A stretch of DNA of 53,307 nucleotides from Welwitschia mirabilis (Eukaryota). Shown piece by piece: positions 36,599-50,341 of this stretch. The notes below the pieces were generated by a model. The model ran no database searches, was not told where the DNA came from, and saw only the letters and a program-made list of their open reading frames with translations. Position 1 is the stretch's first letter. Every line of letters begins with the position of its first letter. The stretch lies in contig JBOZIK010000001.1 of assembly GCA_051453625.1 (NCBI GenBank), forward strand, positions 35,593,013 through 35,646,319. Direction: 5' to 3'. Made by a program: the position numbers and the translations under genes.

Positions 36599-38319
36599 NN
36601 NNNNNNNNNNNNNNNNNNNNNNNNNNNNNNNNNNNNNNNNNNNNNNNNNNNNNNNNNNNNNNNNNNNNNNNNNNNNNNNNNNNNNNNNNNNNNNNNNNTA
36701 TGGACAAATGATATTTCTTCATGTCATAGCTTCATCAATAAGCAGTAATTGGCAATAATTTTTTCATGTGCTTTCTCTATGTGTTATTAAATTGGAACTA
36801 AATTCTACTAAGTTTCTTTCATGTCATAATAAGTGGCCATTACATCTAATACACATTGCAACATATCTTCATATTATTAATCATAGATCTGTTAGAATAT
36901 ATTTGTCAATTGATGTTAAACTAATTCCTCTAGTGTAGTGCAAATTTATTAAATATTGTGTGTAGATGAGTTTGAGTTTTATAGGTAAAAGATTTGGACC
37001 AAAATGCATAAAAGAAACTACTTGGTTATGTTTACCTCTAGTGGGGGTCAACCAGATCCTAAAGGATTGACCGCACCTGAAGAAAATGCAAAGAAATGAA
37101 TTGAACCCAGAGGGGTCGATTAGATTATCAAGGGATAAATCCAAACTATGATCGTAAGAGCTAATATTCCTAAACCAAATGGAAAGGGATCTATTGGATA
37201 TTCATGAGGTTGACCAAATTTGAAGGGCTGTCAATCAAGTCCTAGACCAAGAGGAAAGGATTGACCAGATTTCTCATGGGGTCAACCAGATTTAAGAAGC
37301 TGGTAGTCCATAGTTCTAGACCAAGAGACAAGGGATCAACTGGAACTAGGATGGGGTCAACCGAGTTATTATGTGTTTGACCGAATATTTGTGGGATCAA
37401 CTAGATGGTATAAAAAAGTAAATCTTATAAACGTTATGTATTCATTACCTAGTTGTTACCTAGTCATTTTCTAGTCGTTTATAGCCGTTGGAGGTGTAAT
37501 TCAATTGTAACAAACCCTAGTAATCCTTCACTATAAATACCTAGGAAAGAGATGACCTAGAGATCTTTTTGGCACTTTTAAAACCAGCATATTCACTATG
37601 AATCTAAAATATCAAGTGGCATATTTCATTGAAACATATTTTGTATTAATTCATATCTGATTGAGAAGATCTATTCTTGAAAAAGGACTTCACTCAAAAT
37701 TAATTTTAAGGACTTTGTCATTGTATTTATTTGGAGAAGAGCTCCATTATTTGTACTAATACTAAATAAGTGATATCAAAGCCACCAAGACTTTATTGCA
37801 TTACTTCTATTTGTCTTCAAAGATTCAGACTTAGCCTACAAAAGTCTGTTGTCGAAGGTTGAGATGTAGCTTGCAAAAGTCCATTGTCAAAGATTGAGAT
37901 TTAGCCTGCAGAAGTCTATTATTAAGGTTGAGATTTAGCATATAAAAGTCCATTTCTAAGGGTTAACAAGTAAGCCTAGAAAAATCTGTGAAGTAACAGA
38001 GGTTCGAGATAAACCTTAGGAGAAGCTGATCATCGAAAGTGAAGTAGGGCGAGTTCTCGAATCACTATAAATCCTACATGTATTCAAATTGGTATTTTAT
38101 GTTTTATATTTTACATTTATTTTTTAATTCCTTATACACATGGTCTTGATTTCATTATTTGTTTATATGCAATCTATGATTAGATTTCTTTAAGTTATTT
38201 TGAAGTTAAGTTTTTTAAAAGAACCTATTCACCCCCTAGGGTTCTCGATCCTATCATTTGGTATCAGAGCTTAGGTTAGTCTTTGAGATAATTTTACATA
38301 TCTAAACTTAAGAACCCTA

Positions 38320-40650
38320 AAAAAGAGTAACTCAACTGATGGATTTTCAACAAGTCATCCACCCATGTTTGACTATTTAAACTATTCCTATTGAAAAGCT
38401 AGGATGAGAATTTTTGTTAGATACTTAGATGCCAATGTAGAAAAGGTCATTTACAAAGGTCATACTATGCTTATAATTTTTCAAATAGATGTAAATGAAA
38501 ATACTATTTTAGTTTCTAAATCTAGAGATCAATGAACTCCCACAAATAAAACAAAAGATACAATAGATGCCCATACTCTTAATGCTACTTTTTGTATAGT
38601 GTGTGTAGATAAATTTAAAATAATTATAAACTANNNNNNNNNNNNNNNNNNNNNNNNNNNNNNNNNNNNNNNNNNNNNNNNNNNNNNNNNNNNNNNNNNN
38701 NNNNNNNNNNNNNNNNNNNNNNNNNNNNNNNNNAGGATGAGGATTTTTCTTAGATCCCTAGATGCTAATGTAGAAGAGGTCATTTACAAAGGTCATACTA
38801 TGCCTATGATTGCCCAAAAAGATGCAAATGAAAATACTATTTTACTTCCTAAATCTAGAGACCAATGAACTCCCACAAATAAAACAAAAGCCACAATAGA
38901 TGTCCATGCCCTTAATGCTATTTTTTGTGTGATGTGTAAAGATAAATTTAAAAGAATTATAAACTGTAAACATGTAAAAGAAGCTTGGGATATTTTGGAA
39001 GTTGGACATGAAGAAACATCCACTGTTGAACAAGTAAAACTACAAATGCTTGTTTCTATATTTAAAGACATTCATATGGATAATGAAGAAACCTTACAGG
39101 AATTTTTTGTTAGACTTATAGATATAGTAAACTTAATGGCAAGCCTCAAAGAACGCATGGTAGAAAGCAAAGTGGTAAAAAAAAGTGTTGAGATCCCTAC
39201 CCTAGAGATTTAAACTGAAGGTAATAGCCATCGAAGAAAGCAAAAATATCAGTGTAATGGTGTTGGAATAACTTTAAGATAACCTTCAAACCTATAAACT
39301 TAAATTTACTAAAGATAAAAGAATAAGTATTACTTTGAAATGTGTGTAGAAGGATTATAGATCTGATAGATCAGATGAAGAACTTGATGATGATGAAGTG
39401 GCTCTTCTACCCAGGCATTTTAAAAGATTTCTCTACAGGAAAAAGGAAGGAGAACCAAGTAGGAATCTAAGGGAAAAAAATACAAAACAAAGAAGAGAAC
39501 AAAAAAGGGAAAACGAAATCTAGTGTTATTTGTGCAAAGGATTTAGACATGTGGTCAACGAATGTCCCAACACTAGAAGAGAAAAAAGAAAGCCTAAAAA
39601 CACCACATTGATGGTGACTTGGAATAATGAAGATGATGAAAATAAAAAAAACTACTTAAATCATGGATCAGATAGAGAAAGAAGATTATCTTTCATGACC
39701 CTAATATCATCTCTCAAGAATGTGCCTAGTACTTCAATATCAGATGACTTAGATATGATTAATGAAGAGGAAGATGAGTTAGAAGAAATCTATCAAGAGT
39801 TATATAAAGAATGTGAGAAGCTCGTCAAAAGAATTAATGAGTTAAACAAAATGGTGAATACCATTACAACAGAAAAGGAGGAAGTGAAAGAGAAGTATAA
39901 AGTACTCAAAGCCAATAACTTCAAGTTAATTACTCAGGTAAATGATCTTTCATTCTTTGTGAATAAGTTTTTGGATAGTTTATCTAAACTAGAAAATATT
40001 CTTAGAATATAAAAATAAAATGAAGACAAATTAGGTATTAGTTTTGAAGCACAAATTTCACAAAATAAGGTAAACCAAACAAGTAAGTTTTGTGTCTAAT
40101 ATCTTATGCAATTTTTGTAGTAGACTTGGTAATTCTAAACTATTTTGCAAATTTAGACATATGATGTTTACTTTAAACATGTGAATGCTTTATCATTTAA
40201 ATTTATTCCTAAGAATAATATACCATCTAAGTCAAGTAAGACTAAGTGGGTTAAAGCTAATAATCTCCAATAGATAAATTGTAGAGAATCTCATGTGAAA
40301 AGCTGATATCTAGATAGTGGTTGTTCAATGCATATGACAAAAGATAAATCAATTTTTCAAAGATTAAAGAGTATAAATGGTGGAGAAGTCATTTTTGGAA
40401 ACAACCAAATAGCAAAAATAGAAGTTACAAGAAGTATCAAAGGAGGTATATCATTTAATCTTAATAATGTACTTTATATGAATTGTTTACAACACAATTT
40501 ATTAAGCATTAGTCAACTATGTAACTAAAAAATAGAATAATCTTTGATAAATATAAATGTATAGTTGAGAATGAAAAAATAAATGCTATTATTTTCTATG
40601 TAAAATGTGTTGATAATGCTTATATATTAGATGTTAAAATATTGATTAAT
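38320..40650 (+). pseudogene. Decayed copia gag-protease (element 2)
   Basis: HPPMFDYLNYSY*KARM, AWDILEVGHEETSTVEQVKLQML, zinc knuckle CYLCKGFRHVVNEC, protease YLDSGCSMHMTKDKS, QHNLLSISQLC; no integrase follows. Confidence 0.9.
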
Positions 40651-41157
40651 CAATACATATAAATCAATATTTTAGGAAAGATAGTGATAAAATTAAATGC
40701 TTTTGTATTAAATATGATGTAAAATCTAGCTCTAATAATTACTTTATCTCTCATAAAATTGATCTGGAGTTTGTTACATCATCACTTGGCTGATTATAGG
40801 GCGATCGACTAGATCTATGATTCGGTTGACTAGATGTGGCTGGTTAACTAGTCTGAAAAGTCTGGTTGTCTAGACTCCTTCTAGTACTGTAAAATCACAT
40901 CTCGATGGGTCAATCAGAAGTTCAAGTAGTCAACCAGACTTAATGGGTTATAGTGTAGAAGTATAGTCGATGGACCCAATTTATTTATAGAATCTACCCT
41001 ATTTTATTTAATCTATAAAAGAACTAGAATCCTAACTTGTTTTCATTTCAATATAGTGCCTTCAAGCCTTCAGATTTAGTGAGTTTCTTCAAGTTTAAGA
41101 AATCTTTGTAACTAGATCTAGTGATTTTCTTATTTTTCTTCTCTTTAAGGTCTTAGA

Positions 41158-42195
41158 ATGATAGCTAGCACTTCTAAGAGAGGGCTAAAGGAAGGTTATT
41201 CAAGGTAACCTTTCTACTTATTCCATGCAATGTCTGAAGAAGCCTTGGATAAGTTCTATGAGAAGTTTGAAAATAAACCTGTATGTTAGGAGTGGTCTGT
41301 AGCTTCTTTTAAGCTTAGGGAGCTAAGAGATATCATTCAGCTCTTAAGAGATTAAGATTTGGATCATTTCTTGGATGTTTTAGATTTTGCATATCCTTTT
41401 CTTACTAGAATGTTTTAATGTAATGCTTCTTTTAATCATGGTATCAAGACTTTAGAAATCCTAGTTTTGGGTAAAAGAATAAGAGTGATAGCAAACCTTA
41501 TTTCTGAGCTAGTCAATCTTCCACAGGGAGACTATGAAGAATTTGGGCCTCTAAGAGATACAATGGAAGATATGCCAGCAGTCACTAGGAAGATTTGCAG
41601 TAAAATGCATTCTTGGAAGCACGCTATTTTTACTTCTCTGTTAACTCCAAAATATTGCTTTATCCATTTAGTCTTTACTTATAATTTTCTTCCTTTAGCT
41701 GGCCATCATGATGAGGCCTCCATATATAGGGAATATTTAATGTATTTGGTAGGAATTGAGCATTCTATTAATGCTCCTGTCATAATATTGAAAAATATGG
41801 CTTCATAGTTGGAGTACCATAAAACTAAGGGTCTACCCTACTCTGTGCTTATTACTAAAATTTGTCACCATTTCCATGTTAATCTGTATTCTTCTTTGGA
41901 GGCTTTTCATCCCCTATTACTCATTGGACATGTGACTTTATCTTGCATGCATATCTTTACTCCTTTGAAGAAATCCCCTTCTAAAACCTCAAAGGCAACA
42001 TCTCCAAATGAGGCTCTTTCATATTTAAAACGGATTGACTCTTGCACTAGGCATATGAAAGAAGCACTCATAGTAGGTAGATATGACATTGTAAATACCT
42101 CAGCTAAAGATACCAGCTCTGTACGTACTGGTAGAGATGGAGAAGATTTAGAGGAGGAATCTGAAGAAGAAGAAGAAGAAAAAGAAGAGGAATGA
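41158..42195 (+). pseudogene. env-like extra ORF of element 2 (single frame, a few stops)
   Basis: One reading frame from ATG 41158 through track ORFs 41467-41808 and 41809-42195; homologous to 6670-7709. Confidence 0.78.
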
Positions 42196-45100
42196 AATTA
42201 AATCCTTTTTGTTTTTCAAATATTTATTTCTGAAAAAGAAGAAGAAGAGAAGGAGAAATAAAATTAAATCCTTCTTATTTTTCAAATCTTTGTTATATTA
42301 TTCTCTCTTTTTCTCTAGTTGTTAAAAAGAGATATTTGTGCCTTTTCGTGGAATTTTTTAGATGTATGCTCTTGATGAGCATTTCTTTCTTTCTTGTTTA
42401 GTATGAAACTTTGTAATAGTCTATTTTTATTAATGAAATCCAGTCTTATGTTTGAGCTAAATTCTTGGATTATTTTGGTTTTTTTTTGTACAATATTTTT
42501 TTGGAATAAAATTAAAATTATCATCTCAAGGAAAAATGAGTTAAAATTTTTTGATCATATGTTTCATTATCATTTAGTGTTGTATTTTAGTCTCAAATGG
42601 TATCATTTAAATATGTAATTCATAAGTGTTATTTTAATCATTAATTTTGGTAGAATTTTGCACATATTCAAAACTTATCTCATTGAAAAGCACATCCTGT
42701 CTATTTAAAATTCCTAAATATGTTTCAAAGTTTTAACTTATCATTATTTATCATTTGGTATAAACATAGGGGGAATAAATATACTTGACATTTTTGGACA
42801 TATATCTAACTTTTATATTTATTTGCCATTAATGTCAAAGGGGTAGAGAAGATTATTTCTTTCAATATGCTCTTTTTATTGTAATTTTTGAAGATTTTTT
42901 ATTATTNNNNNNNNNNNNNNNNNNNNNNNNNNNNNNNNNNNNNNNNNNNNNNNNNNNNNNNNNNNNNNNNNNNNNNNNNNNNNNNNNNNNNNNNNNNNNN
43001 NNNNNNATCTTTACTCCTTCGAAGAAATCCCCTTCTAAAATCCCAAAGGCAACATCTCTAGATGAGACTCTTTCATATTTGAAATGGATTGACTCTTGCA
43101 CCAGGAATATGAAAGAAGCACTCATAGTAGCTAGATATTACATTGTGAATACCTTAGTTAAAGATACCAGCTCTACTCGTACTGGTGGAGATGAAGAAGA
43201 TTTAGAGGAGGAATCTAAAGAAGAAGAAGAAGAAGAGGAGGAGGAATCAAATCAAATCCTTCTTATTTTTCAAATCTTTGTTTTATTATTCTCTCTTTTG
43301 CTCTAGTTATCAAAAAGAGATATTTGTGCCGTTTCATGGAATCTTTCAGATGTATGCTCTTAATGAACATTTCTTTCTTTCTTGTTTAGTATGAAACTTT
43401 GTAATAGTTTGTTTTTGTTAATGAAATCCAATCTTCTGTTTGAGCTAAATTCTTGGATTATTGTGGTATTTTTTATACAATATTTTTTTTGCAACAAAAT
43501 TAAAATTATCATCTCAAGCAAAAATGAGCTAAAATTTTTTGATCATATGTTGCATTATCATTTAGTATTATAGTTTATTCTCAAATGGTATCATTTAAAT
43601 ATGTAATTCATAAGTTTTACTTTGATCATTAATTTTGGTAGAATTTTGTACATATTCAAAACTTGTCTCATTTAAAAGCACATCTTGTCTATCCAAAATG
43701 TCTAAATATGTTTCAAAATTTTGGCTTATCATTATTTATCATTTAGTATAAACATAGGGGAAATAAATATAATTAATATTTTTGGACATATATCTAACTT
43801 TTATATTTATTTGCCATTAATGTTAAAGAGGGAAAGAAGATTAGTGCTTTTAGTATGCTCTTTTTATTGTAATTTTTGAAGATTTTTTCATTATATAGGC
43901 AAAGGGAGAGAAAAGCTTACCCATCTTACTTTTTACTTATATATGTATATGTCTTGATGTAAGGAAGAGATTTTCGATTTTTAAAAATTATTAGTAAATA
44001 AGTTTAAATTATTTAAATCTTTGAAATCACTAAATTATTTGCAATCAATGTTAAAAGGGGAGATTGTTAGATTATATTTGCCAATTAATTTCAAACTAAT
44101 TCCTCTAGGATAGTGCAAATTTATTAGATATTATATGTAGATGAGTTTGAGTTTTGTAGGTGAAAGATTTGGATCAAAATGCATGAATGAAACTACTTAG
44201 TTATGTTTACCTTCAATGGGAGTTGACAAGATCCTAAAAGAGTCAATCACACCTAAATCAAATGCAAAGAAATGAACTGAACCTAGAGGGGTCGACCAAA
44301 TTATGAATGGGTCGACCCGACCTATGATCCTAAGAGCTAGTATCCCTGAATCAAATAGAAAAGGATTGACTAGATATTTATGAGGTAAACTGAATTTAAG
44401 GAGCTAACATTCAAGTCCTAGACTAAGAGGAAAGGAATTGACTAGATTTTTCATGGGGTCGACCAGATTTAAAAAGAGTTCATAGTTTCAAATTGAGAGA
44501 TAAGGGATGGACTAGACCCAGGATGAGGTCGATCAAGTTCTTATGGGGTTAATAGCATATTTGTGGGATCGATCGGATAATATAGAAACATAAATCTTAT
44601 AAACATTATGTATCTATTACCTAGTCATTACTTATCCATTTTCTAGTCATTTATAATCATTGGAGATGCAACTCAATTGTAATAAACCCTAGTAACCATC
44701 CACTATAAATACCTAGGTAAGAGATGACCTAGAGATATTTTTGATCCTTTTTAAAATCAGCATATTTATTGTGGATCTAAAATATCAAGTGGTATATTTT
44801 ATTGGAACATATTTTATATTGATTCATATTTGATTCAGGAGATCTATTCTTGAAAAAGGACTTTACTCAAATTAGTTCTAAGGACTTTGTCATTATATTC
44901 ATTTAGAGAAGAGCTCCATTCTTTGTATTGATACTAAACAAGTAATATCAGAGGTGCCAAGGCTTTATTACATCACTTTTATTTGTCTTTAAAGGTTGAG
45001 ACTTAGCCTACAAAAGTCCATTGTCAAAGGTTGAGACTTAGCCTGTAAAACTCTATTATCAAAGGTTAGGGCCTAGCCTGTAAAAGTACATTGTTAAGGT

Positions 45101-46049
45101 TGAGACTTAGCCAATAAAAGTATGCTTGTAAGGGTTAATAGGTAAGCCTAGCAAATCTGTGAAGTAACAGAGATCCGAGATCAAGCTTGGAAGAAGCTAA
45201 TCATTAAGAGTGGAGTAGGGAGGGTTCCCAAACCACTATAAATCCTACATGCATCCAATCTGGTAATTTCTGTTTTATGTTTTACATTCAGTTTTTCATT
45301 CCTTATATGCATGGTCTTAATTTCATTATTTATTTATATGCAATCTATGATTATATTTCTTTACGTTATTTTGAGCTTGAGTTTTTTGAAAGAACCTATT
45401 CACCCCTTCCCCCCTCTAGGGTTCTCGATCCTATCAAGATCTACCTTATCACTAGGCTATTACCACATGATGTGCCTTTTTCCTTGTTTTTCTACTTCTT
45501 GTTACTAGTTGATATAGTCAAACTAATTTTATTATAAACTTATATCATAACATAACAATTCTGCACAACTCAAGAATCATTAGAAATTATCACAAAGTTA
45601 TCATAAAAGAAAGAAGAAAACATACATTATTTTTTAAAATTTATTTTGGCATTATAATACATTCAAAAACTTAATGATGTATAAATTTAATATTTTGAAA
45701 GATAGTGTACCCTTTAAAGTTAAAAATTCATGATAAATATATATTCACTCTAGCATTTTGTTATGTCATCACATCACCATTTTCATTTTGTGATGCTTCC
45801 TTTATTACTTACTTAGTAATTAAACTAATTACTTTATTAGTGAATAACAAATATGATAAAGTGTTATGATAATATATTCAAAGAACAAATATTTTATTAA
45901 TATTCAAAAATCATTATAAAAAGTAATAGATACAAAAATTATCATGATTATAACAAACAGAAGATTACAATGTTCCCATATCTTATGACTTCTCTCTTTT
46001 GAAGGAGATAATGGACTAACTACTTGTCTAATCTTAAGTTTAAGATGTA

Positions 46050-46900
46050 GATTAACCTATTTAACTTTAGTAGTAATATTAGTAACTTTAGAGTCCAAGG
46101 CCTCTAAATGACCCTCTATGATTTAAAAAACCTTTTATAGCTATGTGGATTGCTCTATTAAGAAATCCATAAAGGAGGTATCTAATTGTGCTTGTGGTGC
46201 TTATGGTAATTGAAATTCTCCCTTCTCTACAAGGTAGATCTTATTAAGGCTCTTTCTTATTAAAATAACCATTTATATTTTAGCCTTAGAGTTGGTTAAG
46301 TACATTTTTTTATTCTTAATATGGCTGATTTTGCATTCTATAAAAACAACGTCAATCAAGTATGGAAGGTCATTAGGTTAGCTATGTGCATGGTAGGATG
46401 AATATTCATGGCCGTCAACCTAAATAATATAGAAGTTAAAAGCAAAGTTACTTGAATGAAAAGATCCTTTTCAAAGGCCAATGTGGATGCTTTATAAACT
46501 ACTTCATCCCCTACAAGAGCTCTAAAGAATTTCATTTTCTATTATTGAGTCCCTTTCTTAAGATAAATCCTTATTACATCATTTGCAATACTAAAATTAG
46601 ACCATAATAACTCATTTGTAATCTCAAATTCTACATGTGAATTTGGATATTTAATAATAATTTCCCTCCCTAATTGATTAGGATCTTACATGATAGAGTA
46701 CTAATACCTAAAGGTAATCTTGTACTAGAATTTCTTAACTTGGCTAGAAATATATTCCATATGAAAAGGCTTGGAAAACCAAATTAGACTTCTATTAATC
46801 ATGTTTTGGATTAATTCAAGATAAATTGCCTCTAACCATTCTACATAATCCTTTTTTTGAATCATAATGACTTCTTAAAATGTCCTTTTCTTATTTGTTT
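46050..46900 (-). pseudogene. Highly decayed env-like/plant transposon protein remnant of an older element
   Basis: Minus-strand WFSKPFHMEYISSQVKKF*YKI resembles the VREFY motif, followed by EFEITNELLWSNFSI; weak overall. Confidence 0.35.
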
Positions 46901-49079
46901 CTGCTTATGAGATAGCATGCTTACTAAGTGATGCTTAATTGGAGTAAAAGCTAGAGCTAGAATAGAAGCTTTAGTAGTTGTAATTTATCTACTCCTTTTG
47001 CTATGTATATGCTATTTAGCCCATAAGCAATAAATTACTATTAGTTATCTCCATACTAATACATTTGATAGTAATAATAACTTTTACTTAAAATAGAAAA
47101 AGAACACACATTATCTTTAAAAAGAAAAAGACTAATAAGATGGGAAAAAGGGTTTTTAATGAGAAGTCCTAACTCAAACATAGATTCTTATTATAATTAT
47201 CATGCCTAAATTTAACAAGAATAAAGATGAAATTCTCCTAATGGCTAGTGGAAAATGATTTTTCAAGGAAATTCAATTATAAATTCTAATTTAAATATAA
47301 GAAATTCTATTTTCGAACTCATATATTTATTTCTCTTAAAAGATAAGGGAATTGACCTTATCTACATAGATAAGGTATTTTTTTTCATGTTGAAATTATA
47401 CTAGGTTTGACACTAAATGCCTATTTTTGAATAGAATATGATATGGTAGGGTATGTGGAATTTACAAGTATAAGTGTTGCAGTGCATATTTATGCAATGT
47501 TTACATCCTAATTAGAATCTTGTTAACCACAAATAATATGCACAAACATAACATACTAATGTATATGGAAGTGATTCAAATGTCATAATCCTTTGAAGGC
47601 TAAAGTATGGAAATAAGGGAGTTTCCTTTAAGATAAAAATATGGTAAACCTGACCTACAAAAATAATTTATCATGCCTGAAAATAAAATAAAACACACTT
47701 GTATAAGACTAATTTAGGAAAGGAAATAGCAATGCACCTAAACTAACTAAGCACAACCTTGACAAATGTTACCCTCATAATTTATATTATAAAAGAAGCT
47801 TTGTCACCGAATCTCAAATAACATAAATTATGATGGAGAAGATCATTCATACATTTAAATATAAAATAAAATATTTCATATTAAAAATGTACACCACATT
47901 CATATTACAAAGTAGTCATTCTTCAATGGAGGAAACTCTATCCAGCACCAAGAAAACATCTCCCTAAAATTACAGAATGGTTCTCTAGTTCTTTAATCTC
48001 CTGTCATGAGTATGTTAAGTACTATCAAAGATGACTAGGAGTAGAGGAAGAGACCTTTATTTATAGACTCAAAATAAGAAATGAAACTGATAGAGAAAGG
48101 TGTGGGAAAAACCCTAATTACCATGTAAGGAGAAGTCCAAATAAGTGGTAAAAGCTCAAGTGATTATGCAGTGCAAGCATCATCTGTATGGTTATCCAAA
48201 TGATACAAGAGACAATGTCAATTGATAGTTAGATCCTTGTTTGCTACTAGTCCAACTGCCTGTGAGAACTATCATCGACTAATTGGCGCAGTCGTTCATT
48301 CATTTGTCTGGACGATTAGGTGGACAATGGTCTTTAATGAATCTTCAATCAGTCCAGTCACTTTGTTATTTGTAGGAAATTATCATTAAAATATTGTTCT
48401 TTCACATTTGCACAGAATTCTTGTAATTTAATTAGAAATTGCATATTTCCATCCTTTTCATCCTTGTTCTCTATTATCATGAGAACTAAGCATTTATTTT
48501 TCAGTTTACCTACAAAAAAACTTAGAATATCCTATCAAATACATGTAAGTTGGCAGTGTAACATAGCCCCTCACTTAGTGTTGTCAATCCCTGACAAAAT
48601 CATGTGGTAAGCCATATTTATGAGTTAACTTTTTAGACAATAAAAACAACTCAAATATTTGTAGAAATTATCTAAAAAATATTGGAAGAATATTTCAAAA
48701 ATAGATTGAATTTCTAGAAAATTCAAAACATTAAACATAAATACTTGTGAAGCATCAAAAATTAGTTAAGGATGATAGGCTTCTATAGAGGATTTTCAAA
48801 ACTAGAACTTATGATAGAAATTAATTTTCTTTATTAATTAATTAATCATGATAAGAAGTTAAATATAAAGATTTAACCTAAGTGAAATGCAATCCTCATC
48901 ATAAAAAAAGAAAGATAATCATGAAAAAATCAAACAAAAATAATACACCATGCTAAAATGAAATGATATGTCTATATAATAATGAGAGCTTTTAGTACAA
49001 AAAGTGTAGAAGGGAAGATATAAAATATAATGTAAAATCACTCCTCTCATCTATGCATGATGAATTCTGGTTCAGTAAC

Positions 49080-50341
49080 TAGCACAAAAGCAGATGGAAA
49101 GGAAGGAGAATGATCAAAATCTGTGAGGAGATGGTTATCAAAAGATGCGATAATAGACCTAACTGTCTCATTACCCTAGACACGTACTAACTCTAAAATG
49201 TCTATAGTTATATTCTATTGAATAGATATAATGCACTAATGCATGTCCACCATCTAATCCTCTGAGTGCTGTGCTCTCCTCTCAATAGATAGGATCTGCT
49301 GCTCAACTCTCTGCTCAAAGGATGCGATCCCCTGCTCAACTCTTTGCTGTAAAGTCTACAACTTTTGATCAACAAATCCTTTGAGGGTCTTGGTACTCTC
49401 AGCCAGAAGGGCCTAGATCTACTCTAATAAAGCTCCAATTATAGGTCTCTATACCTGAGGTCTCTCTGCCTCTCCTAGTACGTATATACCCATATCCTAT
49501 AAATAGCAAGCAGAAATCTGAGTATGTGAAAAATGTTGCTCACCAATGGGCTCAGGTATCCCGAATCGTCTGAATAAAGCTGAGAGGAGGCAGGGATAAC
49601 CAAGTATCTGTAAATGTCATGTCTCAATCATAAACCTAAGTCTCCTCTAGATAAAGATCGATAAATTCATCTGCTTTCCCTGATGGAAAGCTACTAAAAT
49701 CTGTAAATGTGCAAACATAGCATGACTGTCATGGTATGATGGACTGATGTTATGAATTAGTCCTCTATGTAAAACTCTGTATGTGAGGATTAGCTAGGTA
49801 ACATTCACCCCCCATTGATTAATGGTCATATTAGCTAGAATGTCTAAAATGGTACCATAAGCTCGACACTCCTCTGTCCCACTAGCTAAATGAATATGAA
49901 AACTCCTAAGACCTCTGAGATCTATGATGACTACAATGTGAAATGGGAGGATAGCACTCTTATGGTCTCGAATTTATGCAATAATGTAATCCTGTAGTTG
50001 TCCACAAGTGTCTGGTCACCTTTCTATATGCATGATGTAATAGAATTCTCTCGTCTTAGAAGCATAGTATGCACTGTACGCATTTGTGATCTATCTAAGC
50101 TATAACTCTATCAATCTCTGATCAACCTCTGGCTCTAAGTAACTCATGAAATCACCAAAATGTCTCTCAACATGAATGCTAGTTGTCTATATGCAGATCG
50201 TCTATGTCAAGGTAGCAGATGTATGGACTTCTCATGCTATATCTCAAGCTCAACCAAAAGGCCTGACACCTATCCTACAGAGTTAGCTGAAGCCTCTGCC
50301 TATTTAGCTCTTCTTGTACGTGGCCTACTCAACCGTAAACA
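49080..50341 (-). pseudogene. Athila env-like ORF, decayed
   Basis: YASKTREFYYIM...RVLHRGLIHNISPSYHDSH...LGYPCLLSALFRRFGIP...coiled-coil-like TLQQRVEQGIASFEQRVEQQILSIE. Confidence 0.7.

Larger units (their letters stand above)
36890..45436 (+). mobile_element. Sirevirus-like non-autonomous LTR retrotransposon, same family as 2820-11206
   Basis: LTRs 36890-38256 and 44065-45436, perfect TSD AGATC, perfect PBS TGGTATCAGAGC at 38259-38270, PPT AAAAGGGGAGAT at 44053-44064. Confidence 0.95.
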
